Shown: positions 47,411 through 59,784 of the stretch, one piece after another | Numbering within the stretch: position 1 is the stretch's first letter | How the letters are laid out: each line of letters starts with the position of its first letter | Assembly (NCBI RefSeq): GCF_009914755.1 | Contig: NC_060927.1 | DNA length: 64,000 bases | Reading direction: 5' to 3' (one strand) | Source: the human T2T-CHM13v2.0 reference genome, Homo sapiens | Translations under genes and position numbers: made by a program | Notes under the pieces: model-generated | Seen by the model: only the letters and a program-made list of their open reading frames with translations | What the model was told of the DNA's origin: nothing | The model's database searches: none

Positions 47411-48289
47411 TGCCTCTATGGTCACCCGCTTTGTGTATAATGTGTCACATGCTGGGAACGTGACAATGCCCTTCCCTTTTGAGCTATAGAGATTTCTTGT
47501 AGTTTACAAGTAGCCACCAAATCTGTCAGCCAACAAAAATTTGTTGAAGATTTTCAGGTAATTTTTAGGAATAGATACTGCCTCTGTTCTGAGGAACTTA
47601 CCCAAGGATAGAAGCCATGTACCTGAAAAGAGATCATGGTAACCTGAGGACTGTGCAGCACATAAATAATAACACTGAGTGCTAAGTGACATGGTATGGG
47701 AAAGCTACAAAGAGATGTTGTTAGGTTTATGTCTTGAGGAATGGATTCAATTGGAATCACTGGGAGGACCAAAGCAGGGGAGAACAAGGCCTGTTAGGGG
47801 AGTGTGAGAAGAGAGGACATGTGGCTGGGCCACAGTGAGATGGGCTTTGCATGCCATAATGGAGGCAATAGGGAGCCATTGAGGGTTTTCAGCAAGGGAG
47901 TGAGTGATAGGTACAAACTCATGGTTAGCACGGGCCCTTCCTTCACACCTCAAACAGGAGTCCATATTAATGGTCATGGTCAATGGAAAGAAGCTCTACA
48001 AAAAGGGACACTGGCAAGTTCCTCCAACTACTAGATTTAGAAGAATGTTAAAAAATATATATTTAAAAATTATGGATGCATTTACCCTTTCACCCAAAAG
48101 TTTCACTCCTAAGAATTTATCCTAAATAAATGGTTGCATAAATACAAAATGATGTTTGCACGTCATGGCATTATTTGTAATAGCAAAGGACTGGAAACAA
48201 CCCAAATGCCCCGCTTTAGGGGTCTGGTTGAATAACTAGGGTGCATCCACACAGTGAAGTTCTATAGAGTCCATAGCTTTGTGAGCCTT

Positions 48290-48760
48290 GCACCACATTC
48301 CCCCAAACTCCAGCGAATCTGTCGGGGACAGTTTCTGTGCACATGAAAGGCACCTATCTCAGATGTCTGCCTTGCGTTTCTGGTTTTCTGCCTCAGAGCA
48401 TTTTATGAAGGGATTGGCTCACTCAGCCTTTGCGTGGGACAGCCCAGAAGCATGGAGAATTAACTGGGGTAGCTCTCAAGTAATACAAGCCAGGAATCAG
48501 TGGATAAATGACACACCTTCTCATTGTTTGGAGGGATTGTTGTAAGACACATTCTACATAGTGCTTCTTAGGGTTACCAGGGATTGAGTCCCAGTTGCTG
48601 AAAATGGGAATGAACTCAACAAAATACTCTTTATTGACTTTTCCTCCGTCCCTCTCACTTTCTCATTTCTTCTTCCTGGGACCACTTTCTAAATAAGCCA
48701 CCTGCTACTAGGACCCTATTTCAGGATCTGCTTTGAAGGAAACCCAAATGAGGCCACATC
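48290..48760 (+). mobile_element. LTR16-like ERVL LTR
   Basis: ggagaattaac...cagggattgagtcccagttgc...cctgggaccac...tcaggatctgctttgaaggaaacccaaa. Confidence 0.55.
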
Positions 48761-48775
48761 ATAAAGAATGATCAT

Positions 48776-49254
<479 letters not shown>

Positions 49255-49556
49255 TTACATATGCAAAAATAAACTCTGGCAGAATAAACCAATAAGCTAA
49301 TAAAAGTAGTTATCTATAAGAGACAGTGGGAGTGTGGAACAAACCAGAAGCAACAGGGATGAACACATGGTGGGTGACCAAGGAGAGGTTGGTCTGGGAA
49401 GCCTTGAAAGAGGTGTTGTTAGGTTTGTCTTGAAGAATGGGTTAGATTGCAACCAACCACAGGGAGGACCAGAGCAGAAGAGTGCAAGGCCTGGCAGGGG
49501 GACTGGTAGAGTAGCAGACATGTGGCTGGGCCAGCAAGAAGGGGCCTTTTTATATA

Positions 49557-49948
49557 CAGTGGGCCCTCGACAGTCAAAGGTTCCACATCCATGGATTGAA
49601 CCAATCACAGATCAAAATTCTCCAGAATAAAAAATTGCATCTGTACTAAACATGTACAGATTTTATTCTTGCCATTATTTCTTAAACAATACAGTATAAC
49701 AGCTATTTGCATGGCATTTACAGTGTATTACATATTACAAGCAACCTAGAGATAAGCAACCTAGAGATAAGCAACCTAGAGATAATATTACATATTATAT
49801 AAGCAACCTAGAAAACAAAAAGATGTGCATAGGTTATATGCAAATACTATGTATGCCATTTTATATCAGGGACTTGAGCACACATGGATTTTGGTATTGG
49901 GGGGAGGTCCTGGAACCAGTCGCCCCATGGATACCAAGGAATGACCTG
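49557..49948 (-). mobile_element. MER2 (Tigger family) with an internal 15-bp tandem array
   Basis: TA|cagt...ctg|TA ends; MER2 core gttatatgcaaatacta, ttttatatcagggacttgagca and gtcctggaacca. Confidence 0.85.
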
Positions 49949-50742
49949 TAGTTTTAACTTTTGAACTCTGTAAATATTTTACATATTCAAAGATAAAACT
50001 GAATTTCAGGAAATAAGCCTGCAAAGTGATGGGCAAAAGGAAATACCACTATTGTGAATTCTGAAGCATTTTAGTTCAGACATCAGAATGCTGTCACTAG
50101 ATCTGAGTTGCTGGGCTGGCCTTGCGGTGAGACACCTCAGAGTGAAGACACCAGTGTAAACAATGGCAATGAGTGGTTTGGTCTTAACCAATCTTAACCA
50201 ACAAACTTTTCTGAGCTTGTGCTGTGTGCCAGACACTGCTATATGCTTTGTCTCCATTGTCTACTTTATCCTCACATCAGCCCTGAAAAGCAAGTCTTAT
50301 GATGCCTTTGTACCAAGATTACAAGATTCATTGAGAAATTAGCATTTGAACCCAGGTTTCTTTAATACCACTGTAAATGGTAATTTTTCTTAAGGGCCTG
50401 CTATGTGCCGAGCACAGTCCTGGGTACTCACTCAGTCTTTAATCCAGAGTGTGGAAACAGCTTTATGCAAAGAAATGGGGCTTTCCTTCATGCAAAGCAA
50501 TAGAGGCCAAACTTGAGATCTGCCTGCTTCTTCCTGATCTCGTAGATGTTTAAGAACAGAACTTAATCACTTTGGATAGATCCAAATTGACAGGAGATAA
50601 CCCCTGGGAAGAGTCACACAGGAAGCTGTTAATCATAATTATAAGAAGCAAGATGTGAATAATAGATTTTTGTAACCTTGGGCACCTAGATAGACTTCTC
50701 GAAGTCTGACTAGTTATTTGAGAAGTCAGAGACTGGGCTAGA

Positions 50743-50982
50743 GCACGGTGTCTCAACTTCAGCACTACTGACATTTTAGACTGGATAAGTCTTTGTTGTG
50801 GGGCAGGTTCTGTGCAGTGGAGGATATTTAGCAGCATCCATGGCTTCTAACCACTACATGCCAGTAGCATTCACCCCTCCCCAATGTTGTGGCAACCAAA
50901 AAAATGTCTCCAGACATTGCCAAATGTCCACTGGAAGAAGAAAACGGTAGGAGCAAGATGGTCCCTGGTTGAGAACCACCGG
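50743..50982. mobile_element. MER20
   Basis: tctcaacttcagcactactgacattt...atgtctccagacattgccaaatgtcc...gttgagaaccac. Confidence 0.85.
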
Positions 50983-51206
50983 ACTAGGTGATCTTTGAGG
51001 TCCCTTCCTTCTTTGACAATCTGTAACTCTGGGAACTCAGGCCAGGACATTGCTAGGATAAAAGAGTAAATGCAAGGGGCGGTGAGCTGAGGGAATTCCC
51101 TCCATCCTTCTGAAACAGGGCCAGGAGACAGGACAGTGACTGTGTTGGGAAGAGTCTCTCTTGAAATGAAGTCTCCTTTAACTGATAACTCTCATTTTCA
51201 CTGCAG

Positions 51207-51487
51207 CTTCTGTACCTAAGAAGGCAGGTCTTGAGGATGCCAAGGCAGTACCTGAAGCACCGGGGACAGTGGAATGCAGCAAAGGCCTGTCCCAGGAGCC
51301 AGGCGCCCACCTGGAGGAGAAGAAAACCCCAGAAAGCTCCTTGAGCTCTCAACATTTAAATGAATTAGAGAAGAGGCCAAATCCGGAGAAGGTGGTGGAG
51401 GAGGGACGAGAGGCTGGTGAGATGGAGTCCAGCACCCTGCAGGAGAGCCCCAGGGCCAGAGCCGAAGCTGTGCTTCTCCATGAGATG
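51207..51487 (+). CDS. ARHGAP31: ARHGAP31 exon 11
   Basis: ctgcag|CT acceptor and ATG|gtaaag donor; 281 nt encoding (A)SVPKKAGLEDAK...AVLLHEM; ends in phase 0 at codon 642. Confidence 0.95.
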
Positions 51488-52439
51488 GTAAAGTGCATTC
51501 TCCACCTGCTCCAGCCAGGTGGAGTTATTTTTTCCCAAGGGCTCTTGGTACAATTTAAAGTAAATTGAAAAAAAATTTTTTTTTGAAAAATCAGTTTCTG
51601 CCAAAGGGACTTTAAGAGACAAACTTGTAATGAAGGTCTGAGATTTGTTTTGCAGTGGACTTTTCAGAAGTCCTGCAGTGATGGGGAGGAAACATCCTGT
51701 TCAGATTCCCTAATACAGACTCAACTCTAAATATTCCTGACCTGAGGTCACCATAAGCCAGTAACATGTCTTTGGAATGTAATGACATTCAATCCCAGAA
51801 GCAGCACAAGACCTGCTTGTCATACCCCAGTCCCAAATATCATGATCAGTCACAGAGTCCAGCCTTCTTCTTCTGGACATCCTGGATGGGCAGTTGTCTA
51901 CACTTATTTCCAAAACAATAAATATTTCCAGGATCCATTCTTTCCTTCCGTGGGCTCTGGAGAAGTTAAAATACAATGCTGGAGCTGACTAAACCTTGTC
52001 TACTTTTTAGAGGTGGAATTTTCCAAGAAGGTTTTTATGGGATGTCCTTCAATAGAAAGTGTGAGGAGGTTTTCCAGGGATACCCAAGGAGGAGTCCTGC
52101 ATTTGAGAGGCAGCTCTGTGACCAGAGGAGGGCACCAGAAAGGAGGATGCCTTTGAACTTGCTTCCAGAGTCTTGATTTTCAGGACGTGCACAAAAGAAC
52201 CATGTGCTGGGAGTTAGGGCAGAGTGGAGTGCCATGGAGGCCTCAGGATGGCTGAGCTAGGGTCTCTATAAGATATATTGGCATTTGTTGAAGGGGAAAG
52301 ATGAAGAGATTCATATGGGGATTGATTGAATTATTACAGGGAGGACCCTGTAGGAATGAATGGCATTGCTTTGAGAAGCAGGTAAAGTTAGTGCTGGAAA
52401 GAGAACCGGGTGGATTCAAGGGAACAAGTAAAGGCATCA

Positions 52440-53700
52440 GTTCATTCATTCATTCAAAACATGTATTTAACATGAACTTTGTGCCAGGCACTGGCATCAC
52501 TGTAGTGAACAAGGCTTTAACCATCCCTGCCTTCTTGGAGCTAACAGCCTAGTTGGGAAAAGATTGAACAAGTAATTCCTGGGGTGCTATGGAAGCATGG
52601 AGTGCATGGGAGCACATAGCAAGAGGACCCAACCTAGTCAGAGGGAGGAGGCATGCCACAAGGGTCGGGGAAAGCTTCTCTGTAGAGTGCATATTCAGGC
52701 AGATAACTTAGATGGAAGAAAGGGGCAGTGGGTGGACTAGGAAAGGAGAGACCTCCAGGCAGAAAGAATAAGATGTGCCATGAATCCAAGGTAGAAAAGA
52801 GCATTCCCATTCAAGGAATGGGAGCAAGGCTGGGATAGCTGGGCTGGAGAAAGTGAGACTCAGGGGGATGCAGGAGCCAGGACTTCTTGGAAGGGATTTG
52901 GGGTTTAACCTAAGGGCAATGGGAAAGCATATGAGGTGTTCAGAATTTTGTCTTTAATGGGTCATTCTATTCTGTGTGGAGAATGGCTTGAAGAAAGGAG
53001 GCACGAATGCATCAGGAGGGGAGTATGTGGTAAGCCAGGAGAGAAAAGCTGGAGGTGTAGACTAGTGTGGGGCCATGGGGATAGAAATGAAGGGCTACAA
53101 TCACTATTTAGAAGGTAGAATGGACAGGACTTGTTGAAGGATTAGATAAGGGCTGAGAAAGAAGGAAACGTCAAAGGCACCTCATAGGTTTCTGGTTTGA
53201 GCAAAGAGATGCACTGTGGGTCCACTTACTGAGAGGGCAGAGTGAAGTGGAAGGGAGTTTAGATGTTCATTTGTTCATCTAAATTTATGGTTTCTCAGTA
53301 TTGATTTCTTAGTAATATCCCAGTTAATGTAGGTGCTGAGGAGAGTAAAGAGATGAAGCTGTCCCCGCTCCGAAGGAGGGCACAGTCTAGTAGGCAAAAT
53401 AGAAATGTTCACAAATAAATGCAGTGTGGTAGAAGCAGATTAATTTTGATAAAGTAATCCCACAGAGATATGTGAAAGAAATAATCCAAAAGAAAACACT
53501 GAATCCATTACAGTTCAGCAGACCCTTTATTGAGCCCCCATTCACAGTATACCAGGCACCTTTTGGCCTTGTTGAATCAAAGATGAATAAACACAATCCT
53601 GACCTCAAGAAGCTCACAGTCCATTGGGAATAATAAGACAAGCATTAAAGTAACTGTAATATGAAACAACAAGTGATTAGAGCTAGGTGAGAAGGGACGA
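52440..53700 (-). mobile_element. L2 fragments
   Basis: ttcattcattcattcaa...gtgccaggcactgg...ggtagaatggacaggacttg; tcctgacctcaagaagctcacagtc. Confidence 0.65.
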
Positions 53701-53726
53701 GAGGTCAGCAGCAAAAATTACTTTCA

Positions 53727-55128
<1,402 letters not shown>

Positions 55129-55566
55129 TCATTCTTGTGTGCCTTCTAATGAACCTGAAGTTAAATGAGACCAGGGTTTTTGTTGTTTTATAAGGCAACA
55201 GTGCATACAGATTAGGTACTTACGTTCTGGTGTAGACAGAACTGGATTTCAATCCTGGTGTGCTGCTGTATGACTTAGATAAATTGTTTAATCTATTTGA
55301 ACCTACACCTCTCATCTATAAAATGGGAGTAATTATAGTAGTGTTTATTTCCTAGAGTAGTTGGGAAAATTACACAAGATACAGCTAAAGTATGTGATGG
55401 TGCATGGTGAGCACTCAAATAGCCACAGGTATTATCGGTGCTGCATCCTGTATTTGCTGAACTGGCACAGGCTGGTGCTGTCAGTCCCTTCCCTCTCACT
55501 GGAAACGCTGATGTCAGCACCCAGAGTACTTAGTTCTAAGACAATCAGTTTATTGATGTTTTTCAG

Positions 55567-57975
55567 GATGAAGATGATCTGGCCAATGCCCTGATCTGGC
55601 CTGAGATTCAACAGGAGCTGAAAATCATTGAATCTGAGGAGGAGCTCTCATCGTTGCCACCTCCTGCTCTGAAGACCAGCCCAATTCAGCCTATTCTCGA
55701 GTCGAGTCTGGGGCCCTTTATTCCCTCAGAGCCTCCTGGGAGCTTGCCTTGTGGCTCCTTCCCTGCTCCAGTCTCCACCCCTCTGGAGGTGTGGACTAGG
55801 GATCCAGCCAATCAGAGCACACAGGGGGCTTCCACAGCAGCCAGCAGAGAGAAGCCGGAACCTGAGCAGGGCCTGCACCCAGACCTCGCCAGCCTGGCTC
55901 CTCTGGAAATAGTTCCTTTTGAGAAGGCATCTCCACAAGCAACAGTGGAAGTAGGAGGCCCAGGCAATCTGTCTCCTCCACTCCCACCTGCTCCTCCCCC
56001 TCCAACTCCTCTGGAGGAGTCAACTCCAGTCCTGCTTTCAAAGGGCGGCCCGGAAAGAGAAGACTCATCCAGGAAATTGAGGACAGATCTCTACATAGAC
56101 CAGCTGAAGTCCCAAGACAGCCCTGAGATCTCTAGCCTCTGTCAGGGAGAGGAGGCAACCCCAAGACACAGTGACAAGCAAAATTCAAAGAATGCTGCTT
56201 CTGAGGGGAAAGGCTGTGGTTTTCCAAGCCCAACCAGGGAGGTTGAGATCGTCTCACAAGAAGAGGAGGATGTAACCCATTCAGTACAGGAGCCTTCAGA
56301 CTGTGACGAAGATGACACTGTGACAGACATTGCCCAGCATGGCCTGGAGATGGTGGAGCCCTGGGAGGAACCCCAGTGGGTGACGAGTCCCCTTCACTCT
56401 CCCACCCTGAAAGACGCGCACAAGGCCCAGGTACAGGGCCTTCAGGGTCACCAGTTGGAGAAGAGGCTTTCCCACAGGCCCAGCCTTCGCCAGAGCCATT
56501 CTCTAGATAGCAAACCCACGGTTAAAAGCCAGTGGACTCTCGAGGTTCCCTCCTCCAGCAGCTGTGCTAATCTTGAAACAGAGAGGAATTCTGACCCTCT
56601 TCAGCCCCAGGCACCCAGGAGAGAGATTACTGGATGGGATGAGAAAGCCCTGAGGTCCTTCAGAGAGTTCTCTGGCCTGAAAGGGGCAGAGGCTCCTCCC
56701 AACCAGAAGGGACCAAGTGGTGTGCAACCCAACCCAGCAGAAACCAGCCCCATCAGCCTAGCAGAGGGAAAGGAGCTAGGGACACACCTGGGGCACAGCA
56801 GTCCACAGATTAGGCAAGGTGGTGTTCCTGGGCCAGAGAGCAGCAAGGAGAGTTCACCCAGCGTGCAGGACAGCACTTCGCCTGGAGAGCACCCCGCAAA
56901 GTTACAGCTAAAGAGCACAGAGTGTGGGCCCCCAAAAGGGAAAAACAGGCCTTCTTCCCTCAACTTGGACCCTGCCATTCCCATTGCTGACCTCTTCTGG
57001 TTTGAGAATGTGGCCTCATTTAGTTCACCTGGAATGCAGGTCTCTGAGCCAGGAGACCCAAAGGTCACATGGATGACCTCATCTTACTGTAAAGCAGACC
57101 CCTGGAGGGTTTACTCCCAGGACCCCCAGGACCTGGACATTGTTGCTCATGCACTGACAGGCCGCCGTAACTCAGCTCCTGTGAGTGTGTCAGCTGTGAG
57201 AACCTCCTTCATGGTCAAAATGTGCCAGGCCAGGGCGGTCCCAGTCATCCCTCCCAAGATTCAGTACACCCAGATCCCACAGCCCCTGCCCTCTCAGAGC
57301 TCAGGGGAGAATGGGGTTCAGCCTCTGGAGAGGAGCCAGGAGGGACCCAGCTCAACCAGTGGGACCACTCAGAAACCTGCCAAAGATGATTCTCCCTCCT
57401 CCCTGGAAAGCTCAAAGGAAGAAAAACCAAAGCAAGATCCCGGAGCCATTAAGTCCTCACCAGTGGATGCCACTGCACCCTGCATGTGCGAGGGACCTAC
57501 CCTTTCTCCAGAACCAGGCTCGTCTAACCTGCTCTCCACCCAGGATGCAGTAGTGCAATGCAGAAAGCGCATGTCAGAGACAGAGCCATCTGGGGACAAC
57601 CTTCTTTCTTCAAAACTAGAGCGACCATCTGGGGGTTCTAAGCCTTTCCACAGGTCAAGGCCAGGAAGACCTCAGAGCCTAATCTTATTCAGTCCTCCTT
57701 TCCCCATTATGGACCACCTGCCCCCTTCATCCACAGTGACAGATTCCAAGGTCCTGCTGTCCCCTATCAGAAGTCCCACCCAGACAGTTTCCCCTGGCCT
57801 TCTTTGTGGAGAGTTGGCAGAAAACACATGGGTCACACCAGAAGGGGTTACACTTAGGAATAAAATGACCATCCCTAAGAATGGCCAGAGACTAGAGACC
57901 TCAACCAGCTGTTTTTACCAGCCTCAGCGGAGATCAGTAATTCTGGATGGAAGAAGTGGGAGGCAAATAGAATGA
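55567..57975 (+). CDS. ARHGAP31: ARHGAP31 exon 12 coding part (2409 nt; proline-rich and C-terminal regulatory region, residues 643-1444)
   Basis: tttttcag|GAT acceptor; open frame DEDDLANALIWPEIQQELK...GRSGRQIE-TGA. Contains T789-P (56005), RPSS1106 and RRNS1178, corresponding to the reported ERK/GSK3 and RSK/14-3-3 sites. Confidence 0.97.
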   Translation, partial: DEDDLANALIWPEIQQELKIIESEEELSSLPPPALKTSPIQPILESSLGPFIPSEPPGSLPCGSFPAPVSTPLEVWTRDPANQSTQGASTAASREKPEPEQGLHPDLASLAPLEIVPFEKASPQATVEVGGPGNLSPPLPPAPPPPTPLEESTPVLLSKGGPEREDSSRKLRTDLYIDQLKSQDSPEISSLCQGEEATPRHSDKQNSKNAASEGKGCGFPSPTREVEIVSQEEEDVTHSVQEPSDCDEDDTVTDIAQHGLEMVEPWEEPQWVTSPLHSPTLKDAHKAQVQGLQGHQLEKRLSHRPSLRQSHSLDSKPTVKSQWTLEVPSSSSCANLETERNSDPLQPQAPRREITGWDEKALRSFREFSGLKGAEAPPNQKGPSGVQPNPAETSPISLAEGKELGTHLGHSSPQIRQGGVPGPESSKESSPSVQDSTSPGEHPAKLQLKSTECGPPKGKNRPSSLNLDPAIPIADLFWFENVASFSSPGMQVSEPGDPKVTWMTSSYCKADPWRVYSQDPQDLDIVAHALTGRRNSAPVSVSAVRTSFMVKMCQARAVPVIPPKIQYTQIPQPLPSQSSGENGVQPLERSQEGPSSTSGTTQKPAKDDSPSSLESSKEEKPKQDPGAIKSSPVDATAPCMCEGPTLSPEPGSSNLLSTQDAVVQCRKRMSETEPSGDNLLSSKLERPSGGSKPFHRSRPGRPQSLILFSPPFPIMDHLPPSSTVTDSKVLLSPIRSPTQTVSPGLLCGELAENTWVTPEGVTLRNKMTIPKNGQRLETSTSCFYQPQRRSVILDGRSGRQIE

Positions 57976-59174
57976 TTTCGGTTCACCTGCTGGTGTCTGA
58001 AAAAAACCGTGATTCATCTGGAAGTTATTACAGGGCCAGCTTGCCATATTCCAGGCACACGTTATCAAGTTTGGGCCTATTGTGGCCTCTGACTTCTCTT
58101 TCTTCAGCCTTTTGACCACTTATTAATTAGTCCATTTGCTAGAAGAGTGGTCAAGGGAAAAACGAGAGATGAAATTTAGTTAAGTCTATGTGAGCAAGTG
58201 AGAGAAGGTTAGGTAAGGGGAGAGGATGGAATGCTTGCCTCCAATGAACTTTGGAGCTTGTATGTGAGTCAGATTGCTCCCCTATTGCTATTATCTATTA
58301 CTCTTGAGAGCTGGCTGTCCTTTGAAAGAAAGAAGTAATGTTCTTTGAAAGAAAGAAAAATCTCTTGCTGTGTCAAACCTCAAAATGTTGCTATTGGGGT
58401 TAGAAGGCCTCCTCTTTATGCTTTTTAATGCTCTTTCAAACGTGTTCTTTTAGACCAGTTTTCTAATAAGCTTTGTAAAATGTACTATCCAAATTAGAAG
58501 CGGATTTGGAAATGCAAACTAACGTGCACTTAGATATCCAAGTGGGTGAGCTTAGCCACTCTTACCCATGCTCTTTCCCTGGAATCCCTGGAGACCTGTC
58601 CAAGATGATTTCCATATACCAGCATAGAAAATCAGAATCAAGAGCAAACTCTGAGACTGGCACAATCCAAGAAGATTTCCTGGCTCTGGCTTTTAGTAAT
58701 TTGGGACTCCAACTGCCACTGTACTGGACTGTAATTTATAAATCCAGTAGCTACGCAGGGTGGAGGCTGGGCTGAGGATTACCATAATGAAATGTACTAA
58801 ATCTTCATTTAGGTATGCAATTGTGAAGTGAAGGCATCTGCTTTCTTTACAGTATCAGAGTCCAAGAACAGGATGTCACCATAGATAAAAGCCTCATACA
58901 AAGGCAGAACTACACTCCAAATTTAATGTGTTTAAATTGGTGGGGCACCAGCAGAAAATATTCTAGCTCAGCTTTACTCTTCTTCCACACTAGGCTGGGC
59001 CCAGCAATACAGGAGAGGATGAAGGGAGGAGCTCCAGGAGGCGAGGGAAGAGCCCTAGCAGGGCGGCCATCACAACCACTCACTGAGAGTTGCCCTTCTT
59101 AAAAATGTATTTTATTTTAGCCAGTGGGTCCCTTCCTTTCTCCTTTCCTCTCTACTGCTCAAGAACAGATTTGA

Positions 59175-59299
59175 GGCCAGGTGCGGTGCCTCACATCTGT
59201 AATCCCAACACTTTGGGAGGCTGAGATGGGTGGATTGCTTGAGCCCAGGAGTTCAAGACCAGCCTGGGCAACACAGCGAGACCCCATCTCTTAAAAAAT
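59175..59299 (+). mobile_element. FLAM monomer in the 3' UTR
   Basis: ggccaggtgcggtg...gagaccccatctc; TSD aacaga(t/c)ttga. Confidence 0.85.
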
Positions 59300-59403
59300 A
59301 ACAGACTTGAGGAACCCCTCTCCCTTCCATAATTCCCCTCATCCACCGCCCACTCCAGGCACTCACTCAAACTTGCTCTTCAACTCTGTATACAAGCAGA
59401 AGC

Positions 59404-59409
59404 AATAAA
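59404..59409 (+). terminator. Candidate proximal polyadenylation signal
   Basis: AATAAA with upstream TGTA and a T-rich downstream tract (ctgattttcttttc). Confidence 0.55.
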
Positions 59410-59730
59410 CCAATCTGATTTTCTTTTCAATTATTTATAACTTTCAATGGTTCTTTCCTTTCCAGCTGGCGAGAGAAAGGAGAACTAATATACCTGCTGG
59501 CAGATTTTTGGTGCTGCCCAAAAAAGGACTTCACAGGGCATCTCTTCTCAGGTTCAAGCCTGGCTGAATTCTGCCCAGAAGCTCAGTCATTGCAGAAATT
59601 TCTCTAAGGGCTGATAGTACCTCTGGGTAGGCGTCACAACCAAGGCTGGTTCTGGGCTTAGTGGGGGCTGAGATGAAGTTACCTCCTCCAATGAGAAATT
59701 GGGAGCTGATGCCCTGCAACAGATATATAT

Positions 59731-59784
59731 TCCTCTCTCTCTCTGTCTCTCTATCTCTCTCCTCCCTCTCCCTCCCTCCCTCCC
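59731..59784. repeat. (TC)n/(TCCC)n simple repeat
   Basis: Polypyrimidine microsatellite read directly from the sequence. Confidence 0.85.

Noticed and set aside
49739-49812. CRISPR-like appearance of short direct repeats (also 63835-63914)
   Set aside because: Head-to-tail repeats with no unique spacers, in eukaryotic DNA with no cas genes.
55726-57872. Antisense and alternative-frame ORFs over exon 12 (likewise 43625..44047 over exon 10)
   Set aside because: Expected shadows of GC-rich coding sequence, with no recognisable domains.
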